From positions 4,960,001 to 5,024,000 of the forward strand of contig JBHGNT010000020.1 of NCBI GenBank assembly GCA_043228905.1: a stretch of 64,000 nucleotides of DNA, given 5' to 3'. Below are positions 12,801-25,004 of this stretch, piece by piece. Under the pieces are notes generated by a model. The model was not told the origin of the DNA. It saw only the letters and a list, made by a program, of their open reading frames with translations, and did no database searches. This DNA is from Azolla caroliniana. Lineage: Eukaryota; Plantae; Polypodiophyta. The stretch's first letter is position 1; each line of letters opens with the position of its first letter. Made by a program: the position numbers and the translations under genes.

Positions 12801-14623
12801 TGAATTGACCGGAAAAGTATTCTTTTCCGCCAACCGACCGCAGGCACTTGATCTTTCTTCCTGTTTCCATTTCCACGAACCCTTTGAGGTCTCGGAAACA
12901 GTCGAAGACTTCGCTTTTCCTCTCAATGAGGTAGATCCACGTGTGCCGCGCGTGTAGTCGTCGATGAAGGAGACAAAATATCGGCTCCCGCCAAGACTAA
13001 CGTTTTGTGCCGGCCCCCACACATCAGAGTGTATCAAGTCTAGCTTGTTCCGGCTCCGATTACGCTCGTTTGGGAAAGGAAGTCGGTGTTGCTTCCCAAG
13101 CTGGCAGGCTTCACAAATTTGTGCCTTCCGGCCACTAAATTTGGGCAATCCAAACACCACTTGTTTCGATTGCAGGTCTTGAAGCCGCTGGTAGTTGACG
13201 TAGCCTATCCGTTTGTGCCATAAGTCGATATCCGACTTGACTTTTTGTCCCTTCGCGAACATTGCGGTGCCACCGTCAGTAGATTCGAGGATAAACATCC
13301 TCCCATCTCTGCGCCCTTGCGCAATAATATGGCCTTCTTCCTCAATGAAGCACCCAAGATGCGTAAACCGAACCTGCATCCCCTGGTCGACGATCTGCCC
13401 GACCGACACCAGATTCTTCGTGATGGTCGGGACGTGTAACACGTTCGTAAGTTTCCATTTCTGCCCGACATGGCTCAAGGGAACATCACCGACATTCGCG
13501 ATCAGATGGGGAGTATCGTCTCCAGTTGCGACTATTCCTGGTTGCGTCGGTTTCTCAAGGTATGAGAACCACTCCTTTTGGCACGTCATGTGGTTTGACG
13601 CGCCGGAGTCGACATACCACACCTCGTCTGATTTCGGGGCAGACTGTTTCATTGGGTTTGCTTCGTTTCGTGTCTCATCACGAAGACTGACCCTTTTCCG
13701 GCTTTTCCGGATCCTTCGACGTAGTGCGATCGTTGCCGATTTCCTTTGTCGGTATGTCCGGAACCAGACCTCTTCGACTCGGCGCACTTCTTCCAGCACT
13801 CGCTCTCCCTGTGGCCTTTCTTGCCACAGTACCAGCATTCCGTGGCAGATTTCCCTTTCTGGTTCTCGTCGCCTCGACTCCCCCTGTTTCCAGAGGGTTC
13901 GGAATTGCTGTCGGTATCACTTCGGTGCTTTCTTCCTTGATCCCGTCGGCTGCCTCCATTGCGTACCGACTCGCCTCATCCGCTAGGACCACGGGGTCTT
14001 TCTCCCTCCGTGTACAACATCTTGTTGTCGGTTTGCATGCTCGTCGACACACCCGCGTGGTTCTCCTCTACCAGGAGCATCGATTGTAAGTCGAAAAAGG
14101 ACGGCGTATTCTCCCGGGTACACACTGTAGTTCGGAACGCCCCGAACTTTGACGCCAAACCCTAGAGACAGACCTGGACCATCTCCCTTTCGTCGATGTT
14201 CACATCGATGGAGGCTAAGGAGTCGCATATTTCCTTAATCCTCGAGGTATAGTTAGCCACCGACAAATCGCGTTGTTGTAGGTTGCTCAACTCCTGTCGA
14301 AGCTGAAGCTTCCTGGCTGTGGTGCTCGCGACGAAAATCTTCTTTAGATTTTCCCATGCACCCTTCGGCATTTTTGCATCCCGAACGTAGCTTAGCAATT
14401 GTTCACCCACACAAGACGCGAAGCAATATAGCACTTTGCTCGCCAATTGTTTCCACGCCGGGAAGTCTTTGTGTGTCGAATCGGGTGCTGTGTCATTTGC
14501 TCCATCGACATAGCTCCAGTAACCGTGTCCAAGCAGGTACTGGTGCATCTTGTAGGACCAAGATGCGTAGTTGGTTCTGTCGAGCTTCTCCGTTGGAAGC
14601 GAGCTAGCCATTCCTCTATCCAT
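9825..14623 (-). pseudogene. C1 gag-PR-INT-RT-RNaseH polyprotein with frameshifts/stops and a charged C-terminal extension
   Basis: WYVDSGASNH (PR), DLIHSDVWGP (INT), YVDD (RT), YTDADWAG and TKHIEVHYH (RH), split over several ORFs. Confidence 0.93.
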
Positions 14624-14692
14624 CGGTTTTCTTGTTCTTCTTCGTTGGTTTTTCCTTCAAGCAAAGTCAGTTGCAGAGGTTCTCAACCCTCA

Positions 14693-14705
14693 CGCTCTGA
14701 TACCA
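14693..14705 (-). promoter_or_regulatory. C1 primer-binding site, tRNA-iMet
   Basis: TGGTATCAGAGCG directly after the 5' LTR. Confidence 0.93.
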
Positions 14706-15122
14706 TGAAAAGAATGGCGTGCTGAAGCAATATAGGAAAACCGAACAACAGAAAACGCAGGTTTAATGGAAAGCTTAGGTTTTCATAGTACGCACAGGAG
14801 AGACAGAGAGAGAGTAACACAAGAACTTAAATTCGAAAATAATACTCAATCTGTACATAAGATGTGCTCAGTGAGCACTTTTATACAAGCCCTGACAACG
14901 GCTGACAGTACTTGACTGCTCATAAACGAGCCTCGACACTTACTCCCAAAACTATTCCTTACGAGGAATATCTTTCTAACGGCCTTTCGGTCTACGCACC
15001 GATACGGCCTTTCTACGCACCGGTCTGCGTACCGGTTTTATGCACCCAGTCTACGCACTGGTTACGCATCATATTACGCACAAATGTTGAGCTTGTCTCT
15101 CAACAGAAGTCGATCGGCATGA

Positions 15123-15412
15123 CTGCTCTGATTGGGCCTCTAGTAGCGTTTACCTGAACTCGGAGACTCGGAACTTGGAACTCGGGGACACGTGGCCTCC
15201 TTCGTGGCGTCATCCGTGAACTGGTCCATGTCGTGGGACTCGGCAAAGGGATTATATGGGGTATCTCCGAGGTAAGGTCGAAGTCGGAATCCATTTATCC
15301 AGCATTTGACGATGTCTCCGGCAAGTGTGACGAGTTGGAATGTGTCGTTAAACTCGTCAATTATCTAGAAGGGGCCTGTCCATTGGAATCGTAATTTCCC
15401 CGGCATAGCACC
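15123..15412 (-). repeat. Templated filler DNA at a deletion junction (copies of ~9381-9439 and ~8188-8417)
   Basis: Direct sequence match to two G2 integrase segments, with short microhomologies at the joins. Confidence 0.85.
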
Positions 15413-17043
15413 AGTGCCGGTGCTGCGGCAAGAGCCTCCTTCATCTTTCGGACTGACTCCGCATGCTCGTCTCGCCACTCGAATTTTCGCCCCTTCTTCA
15501 GCAACCCGCATAGCAGCTCGGCAACGTGGGCGTAATGCGGGATCCATATGTGGTAGAACGCGCATGCTCCCAAGAACCTCCGTACCTCTGTGACCGAGTT
15601 ACAATCAGGCTTCATAGCAGACATGGCTTCCACCTTGGCCGAAGATGGTTTCCGGCCATACGGTCCGCATAGATGTCCGACGACCATGATCTCTGATTGC
15701 CCGAAGGCCGATTTCTCCCCGGAGAAGGTGAGCCTCGCGTCCTCTAGCCTCTGCAGCACCCTCTCGCAGTCGTCAACGTGTGTCGCCACGAATTTCCGGC
15801 ATCTGTCCGGTCCGATCGTTTCGTCCTTGTCTTCCACCGGACATCCCTTGATCGGGATATCGTCCAAGAACGGCATGGTGATGTCCGGGATACAATCCCT
15901 CAGCACGTTGTTCATCGCATTCACCATGTGGGCCACCGAGTTCGTCCCTCCTTGTGGCAGGGTACACATCCACACTAGGCCGAGAGGAGTCCGCATCGTC
16001 GTAATGTCTCTGCTCTCTATGGCTAGTTGGAACTGATCGTACCCCGAGTACAGATCACCGACCGAGTAGATCGACCTTCTGGCGAAGGCCTCCGCGAACT
16101 CGTCTATCGTTGGACCGATTCCTGCGTTCCGAATGGTCACTCTATTGACCGGTTGCAGGTCTTGAATGAAGCGCAACGTCCCGTTCTTCTTTGGTACGGT
16201 AAACCACCGGTTCGAGTACGGGGCACTCGACGGTTCGAGGATGCCCATATCAATTTTCTGCCTTAACAGCTCCATCAGCTTCGGGATGTGAGCTCTCGGT
16301 ATCAAAATTGGCTTGAGATTCCACGGCACATGCGGTACCGTGAATATCACCATCGGTTTCACGACTGTCGGGTCTACGCACCCGATCTCTTCCGGTGAGA
16401 ATGCGAAGGCTTTCCCGTGCCTTCCGAGCATTCTCCGAAACCGGTCTTCTTCCGCCGGCAGTAGGAACCCGCCCCCACCGATTTTGAGCTCCCGTAGCGT
16501 TCTGTCGGTGAAGGCGTGCCCTATGCAGGCCGGATCTCGTAAACTAGGGTCCGACACGACCCCCTTGATTCGCAACTCGCTGCCCTCCGGTAAGGGTGCC
16601 GCGACTGGCCTCACCTTCCGGTCCACCGTCTTGTACTTCGTGTTAACCCGGGCTGTCCGATCCGATTCGAGCCCTCGACTGAAGTCCGCGATGACTTCGT
16701 ACATCTCTTCTGAACAAACCGATATCGTCCGGTCCTCTTTAAGGCCCTCTTCGACCACCTCTCGCAGTATTCCCAAGGTATCGTCGAAGGAGACCGCCTC
16801 CACGGCTCCGTTGATTTCCTCGCTGGGCCCGAGAACTCCGTACGCCCGAAGTCTCTCTTCCGCCCTTGTCTTTTCTCGGCCTACGACGCTGACTATCGTA
16901 CACCCTCCGTTGTCGGAGAAACAAAACTTCCTACTTATGGTACAAGGTTTCTTTGGCTTCGCTTCTATCGTACATTTGTGGGGTTTTCCCGGAGTGTCTG
17001 GACTGTCGCGGCCCCACGCCTTGGCAGCCATCTCTAAAAATCC
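15413..17043 (-). CDS. Y1 pol (reverse transcriptase), truncated after the RT thumb/connection
   Basis: ORF 15361-17343 with gypsy RT motifs (DLYSGYDQ, FLDD, VRRFLG). Confidence 0.9.
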
Positions 17044-18680
17044 TCTCGGTTCTCGCCACCGAGGGACTCGCGGTTTCACTCGTGGTTCGGTCGTACTGTC
17101 AGGAACTGGACCGAATGTCGCCCGTCCTGAGTTTTGACCCTTGCGTAAGCCGACCCGTTGTCCAACACCTTGGTCTCCATTCGCGCTGCCGTAATGTACG
17201 GTTCTCCTAGTATGATCGGGTGCGAGGACGTTTCCTGCACAAAGAAGTGCTGGTCTATCTCGACGTCGCCGATCTTGACTCGCACGTTTGGGCAGGCCCC
17301 GTGTAGTTCCTCGGTGGCGCGCGTCGCCGCCCGTATCTTCCACCCATGCTTAGTGTTGATCGGCCATTTCCCCTTCTTGTACAAGTCCATGGACATCAGG
17401 TTTATTTCCGAACCGTGGTCCACCAGCGCCACCACCGGTTCCTGAACATCTCCAATCTTCACCGGGGTTTCCGTGGTCACTCGGGCCCAGTGTGGCCTCG
17501 AATAGTGGCTCTCCGCCCACTCGTCTTCCAGCGCCATGTCCTCTATGTGCGCCGTCCGCACCTCCACCGGCCTTTCCGGTTCTGCCTCCGTCGATAGCCT
17601 CTTCCTCTTCACCAAGTCCACGATGGAGTTGTGGAACTCCTTCTTGGCGATTTTGAGCACCTCCCGCAACGACAGTTCCACCTTGTTGTCGAGGATTCGT
17701 TCTTCCAGGACCTTTCGTAAGTCCGTGGTTCTTTCGATCTCCGTGCCCAAACGGTATCCGCCCTTCTTGTGGTTATCCCGGGCACTGGACTCACCAGCCT
17801 CGTTCCGTTTCGGCCCGAATCGGGTTTCGTATCTTTGTGAGGGTCCGGCCCCTCTGGTTTTACCTACTCGTTTGTCTTCGACCAGAGCCTCGTAGTTCTG
17901 GCAAGCTGCTTCGACGAAACTCGTCTTTTCTTCGACCGGGTCACTCCACCCGGTTACCTCCTGGACCCGCTTCTCCGCGCAGTCCGCCTTGTCTCTCTTT
18001 AGTCGGGCACCGGCGAGGCCTTCCAGCACCATCGGCCAGAACTCGGGTTTGCTCTCCTTCCGGGCCTCGCTGCCTCCGACCCGAATACCGGTTGACGCTG
18101 AGTAGTGGACGGTCTCCGCGTGCCGGGCCGCTGCCTCTTCCATCAGCCTTTTCATTCCTCCTCGCCCATCATTTCGGTTCAGGGCCCTCCTGGTATCGCT
18201 GGCGTGCACCCGACCTTCCCACAGGTACACTACCCGGCTTCTCAAAGCCTCCATAAAGTCCCCGCAGTCTTTTCGGATGTGGCCGACCTCGTCGTTGTTG
18301 GCCGGTCAGAAGAGCAAGGACAAGTGGGAAGGCGGATCGGATAATAGGAAGTAATAGTAGAATTATTATTCGGAGGGACGGATTCGGTACAGTTGTACCG
18401 ATCCGGATCCGAACCGATTCGGATGTCGGTTGCCTAAGCGCACCGATTGTAACCTTGCCGGATGCCTATAAAAGGATCCGATGATTTGTAAAGTGTTCGA
18501 CGGAAGTAATACAATAGTAATTGTCGTGTATTTATCTGTATCTCGTATTGTTTGCCGTCCGTGCTTAATTGTAATCATCTTATGCGTGTAACCTAGCATC
18601 CAATCCTTACCACCCCTTTGGAGAAGTGTCGGGTAGACACCTGTGTTGAGGCTAGTCCGGCCAGACAGACAACACTATTT

Positions 18681-18691
18681 TGGCGACCACG
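18681..18691 (+). promoter_or_regulatory. G1 PBS, complementary to the tRNA-Arg(UCG) 3' end
   Basis: TGGCGACCAC(G), 6 nt after the 5' LTR. Same motif and spacing in G4 (40941-40951, minus strand). Confidence 0.75.
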
Positions 18692-18726
18692 ATTCCTGCA
18701 AAGTGCAGAGGACAACCGGGGGATGG

Positions 18727-21700
18727 ATGTCTAGACCAAATGACGACCACATCACCGAACGAGGGAGACGATACACCGAACGCGAGCAACGACGGGAAGC
18801 CCTGCAGCAAGCCGTCGACGAGATCCGGCGGGATCGATCATTCTCCAAAACTCTTCGGAGAGTCGCAGAAGAAGCACTACAGTTCCGGGTTCTGCAAATC
18901 CCCGACGAAGGCAGTAGCATAACAAGCCTGCAAGAGGCGGAAACGATACTGCAGACGCTCGCCGCGGGCGACGGGGACTCGGAAGCATTCGCAACACTTG
19001 AGGCGGAGTCGGAAAGCGACGGAAGCGTTGCATCCCGGTATAAAAGCAGCCACGACACACCAAACGACCGGGAGGACGAGGGGTCGGAAGACTCAGTAAC
19101 ACCGGCGCCAGAGGAAGAAATAACCCTGGAATTCGGTGACCGGCAACCGCCGAGGAAGGCTGACCGGATACCGACAACAACCGCGAGGGAACCGAAGGAG
19201 CGGATACCGACAACACCCGTGGAGGAACCAACGGACCGGACACCGGCAACACCCGCGGAGGAACCAAAGGTTCGCACACCAACGCCAACAGCGGATAGGG
19301 AACAGGAGAGTCAGTTGGACGACACGATGTCGTACCCATACCCAAAGTACCGGGATGAGGCCGACGCGGAGGCACATGTGTACGCATTCCTCCAAACATG
19401 GGAAGCCAACCATATCTCCCAAAGACTGACGGAGCCCGAAGCCGAACGATCCAAAATCGCCGAATTCGGCATAACCTTAGAAGGACCGGCGGCCCAATGG
19501 CACGCAAAGCACTTACCAGGCACCTTTGCCACATTCGATGCCTTGAAGGCCAGATTCCTCAGGTTTTTTCACAGACAATTTGAGCAAAGGGAATTGGTCG
19601 GGCAGTTCTACACCACCCGGCAAGAAGAAAACGAGACTATGCCACAATTCATCATTCGGTTCCAGACCCTGCACAGCCAACTGACAAGAGCACCACCCGA
19701 AGACGAAGCCAAAGCAGTCTTTTTGGCCGCGCTGAAAGAGCCACTTCGAACAATGTGCGGAGTCCTTGATTTCCAAACCAGCACAATGGACCAAGTTATT
19801 GATCGGGTTTTAGAAATGGACAAGACTAGCCCCTTCTTGTCGATGGGGATGTTACACCGGGCACTCCCAAAAGAGGAAGACCTGAGGTTCCGACAGGCCT
19901 TACAATGTACAACATGCCTAAATTCGGGGCACTCAACAGTAGACTGCACCCTGCGGACACAATGTGTGATCTGCAACTCTCGAGCCCATACAACGGACCG
20001 ATGCGAATACAACCTGTTAAATCGGCAGGCAGCACCGGTTCGACACATAGAACCGCGCAATCAGAACCCGGACGAGGATCGATTCCGGAGAGACGACCGC
20101 TACCAACGCGAACGCGGTAACAGATACGCTGATAGAAGACGCGACAACTATGACCGAGAGGAGAGACGCAGAGATAGCTACCCCCGGGACCGGTATGACA
20201 GAGACGAATCCCCGGAAGACGACAGACGCGGAGAAGAGAGGCGACAAGGATACGCTGATAGAAGACGCGACAACTATGACCGAGAGGAGAGACGCAAAGA
20301 AAGCTACCCCCGGGACCGGTACGACCGAGACGGAGCCCCGGAATACGACCGACGCGGAGAAGAAAGGCGACAAGGGAACCGAAATTTCCGACGGAATCAA
20401 AAGCGTGGATTTTTCCGAAGAGAGGAACGTCGGGAGGCAGCAAGGAATGACAACCCGGTATCCGTACCGGATAACCGAAAAACCGAAGACGACCGCCGGA
20501 GCATACCCACCCTCCAAACCGGGGACAAAGGAGAAACGAGCAACAGTCACAAGGTGTACTGTTATTACTGCCGCAAGGAAGGCCACTATAGTAACCAATG
20601 CCCAAGCAAAAGCTATGACAAGCAGCCGGAAGTCAACATGGTTACAGCCGAAATAACAGAAGTACAGCAGGTCACAACCCGGTCAAAGGGAAAGACCGCC
20701 GAGTGGGAGGACCAGGAGGCAATCAGAAAACAAGCGACACAATGGATCAAGGAGGCCAATGAACAGAATGCGGCAAAAGTAAGAGACCAAAATATGCCAC
20801 AAGACGAAGAAATCATACAGCCAGGCGAGAACCCGACGTGGCAAGCGCTACAGGACTGTCAAATCGTGTTGTCGTTAGCACGACTACTACAGTTAGTGCC
20901 ACGATTTACGGCAGACCTACAGGCATCCGTCAGCAAACCGAAGCCGACGCCAGCACCGGCATTCTTCTCCAACCCGGAGGAAGGACCAGCGGTGGTCGAT
21001 ACAAGTAGCCCGGCAATCACGACAATCGTGAAAGGAAAGGAAATTGCTGGAACGATTATTGACGGAGGCTCTAGGGTAAATGTCATCAGCCAACAGACAT
21101 GCAACGACCTGGGCATTCGGGAATGGGAACCATGCCCCTTCTGGTTACGCATGGCGGATACTAGCTCAGTCCGACCGACCGGGCTTATCCGGGATTTGGA
21201 AATCACGATCGGAGGCCACGTATTCCGGATATCGGCCGTGGTGCTGCAGCTGAATGTACAAGGCGCGTACCCCCTACTGCTAGGACGACCATGGCTGCGA
21301 ACGGCGCATATCAAGCAGAACTGGCAAAAGAACATGATCACATTCCGGCGAGGGAAAACAAAGGTACGAGTAACGACGCAACCATGGGTGATCACCAGTA
21401 AGGAAGCAACTCCATTGTATGCGGAAAGCATTAACATGTTGGAGGGATTACCGGACGAGGAAGTCAAGCGGTACCTAGAGGAACACCCACGAATCGTCCC
21501 ACTATTTGAGGTGGATATTACGGCGGCAGTAGAACCGTACATTACGACGTCGGAAGAACCGGACCAAGCGGCGATCCGGGAACTACGACAAGCGCAGGAA
21601 TCCCTAGAGAGGGAAATGACGATATCCCAGAGGGTAAAAGCATCCCAACTCGAGGAGGTGGACCTCGGCACAGCAGACAAGCCCCGACCAGTAAATGTTG

Positions 21701-24633
21701 CAAAGGAATTGCCGAAGGAAGAAAAGAAGGCAATGGTAGCATTGTTAACAGACTTCAAGGATGTGTTCGCGTGGTCGTACGAAGACATGCGAGGGCTGGA
21801 CCCCCAGCTCTATCAGCACCAAATTCACCTAAGTACGGACGCGAAACCGATTGCTCAACGCAGGTACCGGATGAATCCGAATTATGCGGCAAAGGTGAAG
21901 GAGGAAATTGATAAGCTCCTCCGGGTCAGATTTATCCGACCGGTCAAGCAGGCAACCTGGCTAAGTCCGATAGTGGTGGTCCCGAAAAAGAACGGAAAAA
22001 TCCGGGTATGCGTGGACTACCGAAAACTAAATGCCGCGACAGTGACCGATGCGTTTCCACTACCATTTACGGACGGGGTGTTAGATGCGGTAGCCGGGCA
22101 CGAAGTTTACAGCTTCCTGGATGGATTTAGCGGCTACAACCAAATACGAATGAACCCGGCTGACCAAGAGAAGACAGCGTTCGTGACGGAATGGGGAGTG
22201 TTCGTCGCGGTAGTGATGATGTTCGGACTAAAGACGGCTCCAGCGACCTTTCAAAGGATAATAATGGAAATTTTCGGGGAATATATCCCCGGTTTTATGC
22301 AGGTCTTCCTTGACGATTTCGCGGTCTACAGCCGGCACGGAGAGCATCTCGATCACCTCCGGCTGTGCTTGGAGAAGTGCCGCGAGTACCGATTGAGCCT
22401 GAATCCGGCCAAGTGCGTCTTTGGAGTGGCAAGCGGCAACTTGCTAGGGCACGTGGTGAGTAAGGAAGGAATCGCGGTAGATCCGGATAAAGTCAAGGCG
22501 ATTCTCGATGCACCAGCACCAAGTAACGCAAAGGCTTTAAGCCGGTTCCTGGGCCAAATAAGGTGGCATAGCCGGATGATACGGCACCTCGCGGACTTCG
22601 CTACACCGTTACATACCGCCGTACATAGGGTACCCTTCCTATGGGCAGAGACGGAGGAGGAAGCCTACAAAGCGTTGAAGGTCATGCTGTCGCAAGCTCC
22701 GGTGGTGCAACCGCCGGATTGGAGTAAAAGCTTTCACGTCTTCGTCGACGCGTCGGACGTAGCAATCGGCAGCGTTCTGATGCAACTCACAGAGCCGAAA
22801 TGGTACCGACCGGTGTACTACGCAAGCCGGAAACTCTCAAAAGCCGAACGGAATTACTCTACGACGGAACGCGAGGCATTGGGAATGGTGTATAGTGTCA
22901 CAAAGTACAGGCACTATCTGCTCGGAAGGAAGTTTTCCTTCCATGTCGACCATTCGGCACTACTCTACTTGGTCTCGAAGGCATCCCTGACGGGAAAAAT
23001 TGCACGGTGGACACTACTACTACAGGAATTTGAATTCGACATTTTCCACCGACCCGGGGCATAGCATGCGGTAGCGGACTATCTAAGCAGACTTGAATCC
23101 GGAGAAGCAGGGGACGGCGTCCAGGATGAGTTTCCCGACGCCGAATTGTTCCGGATCACGACGAAACCGGCAACGGATACAACGGTAGCCGACGAAGACA
23201 CATGGCTAACTGAGATGCACCAGTTCCTGAGCACCGGAGTTCCCCCGGACAACATGGACCGCGATGAAAGGAAAAGGGTAGCAGTAAGAAGTAGACATTT
23301 CTGCTTGGTTGGAGACACCCTCTATCACAAGGGGGCAGATGGCATCTGGAGGCGAGCAGTGCGGAGCGATGAGAAGGATCTAATCCTCAAGGAAGCCCCG
23401 GACAACATGGACCGCGATGAAAGGAAAAGGGTAGCAGTAAGAAGTAGACATTTCTGCTTGGTTGGAGACACCCTCTATCACAAGGGGGCAGATGGCATCT
23501 GGAGGCGAGCAGTGCGGAGCGATGAGAAGGATCTAATCCTCAGGGAAGCCCACTGTGGAATTGCCGGCGGGCATTATGCCAGCGACACAACCGCTCGGAA
23601 AATATGGCAGAGCGGACTGTGGTGGCCGACCACCCTAAAAGATGCCGTGAAGTATAGCAGAGAATGCGATTTGTGTCAACGACTGGGCCAACCCACAGAG
23701 CAGGCCCGGATGCCACACCACCCGGTCTTGCCCTTAGAACCGTTTCAAAAGTGGGGGTTGGACTTTGTCGGTCCCTTCAAACCACCGGCAATGCGAACCG
23801 GAAATCGGTATGTCATAGTGGCGACCGACTATTGCACCAAATGGGTAGAAGCAAAGGCCTTACGGGACAACACGGCCGCTTCCACGGCAAAGTTTCTGTA
23901 CGAATGCATATGGTGCCGGTATGGATGCCCGATCGAGCTTATAAGTGACCAAGGAGGACATTTTCTTGGGCAGGTAGTAGAAAGCCTGACGTCATTTTAC
24001 GCGGTGGTACATAAAAAGAGTACACCCTACTACCCTCAAGCCAATGGACTAGTGGAATCAACGAACAAAACTCTGCAGAACATCCTACGAAAAATCGTCA
24101 ACGAGAACCGGACCGACTGGGATACGAAATTGCAAAGCGCGCTATGGGCGTACCGAACAACGTACAAAACCAGCATCCGGACAACCCCGTTCCGACTAGC
24201 ATTCGGGTTAGAAGCGGTCATGCCGGTAGAGTTCCAGATCCCCAGCTTACGGATTCAGATAAAGGAGCGCTTAAGTGAGAACGAGTCCGAACGAATCCGA
24301 CTGGCAACGCTGTTGGAATTAGAGGAAAACCGAATAGCCAGCTTACTACAACTCGAACTGGAGCAAAGGAGGAGAAAAGCCTTCGTGGACCGACACCGGC
24401 GTGGCAATGAAAAGGAGTTCGAAGTCGGGAAACCGGTGCTACTATTCCAGACAAGGATGGGGAACATGCCGGGAAAGTTGCGGTTTCGATGGACCGGACC
24501 GTTCTGGATCACCAAGGAGTACAATGGGTCGTATCAGCTCTGCACGTTGTCTGGAGATGTCATCGGCAAGTGGGCAAATGGATTTCGGCTAAAGCCGTAT
24601 AAAGGAAATATGCCAGCCAACCCGTTCAAGTGA
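18727..24633 (+). CDS. G1 Gag-Pol (gag, 3 CCHC knuckles, PR, RT, RNase H, integrase); one premature TAG at 23062 and a 153-bp in-frame duplication
   Basis: IIDGGS (PR), FLDD (RT), VDASD and TTERE (RH), HCG..GGH…C..C and WGLDFVGP (INT), WTGPF (GPY/F). No chromodomain. Confidence 0.95.
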
Positions 24634-25004
24634 AACCCGGAAATCCGGCAAGAGGAAGAACCGACACCGACAGACGCTGCTGAAGACATTCGGACCGAGG
24701 AAGAACCGACACCGATACTGACGATGACCATCCCGGAAAACCGACACGAACCGACCCGAACAAAGCGGGGGGGACCAGCAAATGACGTGGTCCAAGCAAA
24801 AAAAAAAGAAAAAAAAAAAAAAAAAAAAAAGACGTGGGCAGAATTGACGCGAATCATCGTAATGATGGGGAGATCACAAGAGGTGGGAGCGCCACCATGC
24901 AACGAAGAGGCGCCATGCATTAAAGAAAGACGTGTGCGCACTTGCTATTTAAAGCAGAGAACGTGGGCACTCACACGCGGCAAACAAGAAAGGACATACT
25001 AATT

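Larger units (their letters stand above)
9440..15105 (-). mobile_element. C1: full-length, mildly decayed Ty1/copia (5' LTR 14706-15105, 3' LTR 9440-9830)
   Basis: Paired LTRs, TSD GAACT/GAAGT, iMet PBS (14693-14705), PPT 9831-9839. Confidence 0.95.
4113..15127 (-). mobile_element. G2: 3' half of a G1-family gypsy (3' LTR 4113-4549, ORF2, integrase C-terminus), interrupted by a solo LTR and copia C1, 5'-truncated at ~15127
   Basis: LTR TGTT...AACA. Integrase pieces 8179-8442, 9238-9439 and 15106-15127 (AVMPIEF…FQVLSLRVQVK…GKLRFRWTSPFW) match G1 integrase. Confidence 0.85.

Noticed and set aside
13213-17137. Long antisense ORFs over copia and gypsy pol
   Set aside because: Shadow ORFs of GC-rich coding sequence with no independent motifs.
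23062-23064. Programmed stop-codon readthrough between RH and INT
   Set aside because: No CARYYA context; a CAG>TAG mutation fits the other C>T stops in the element.
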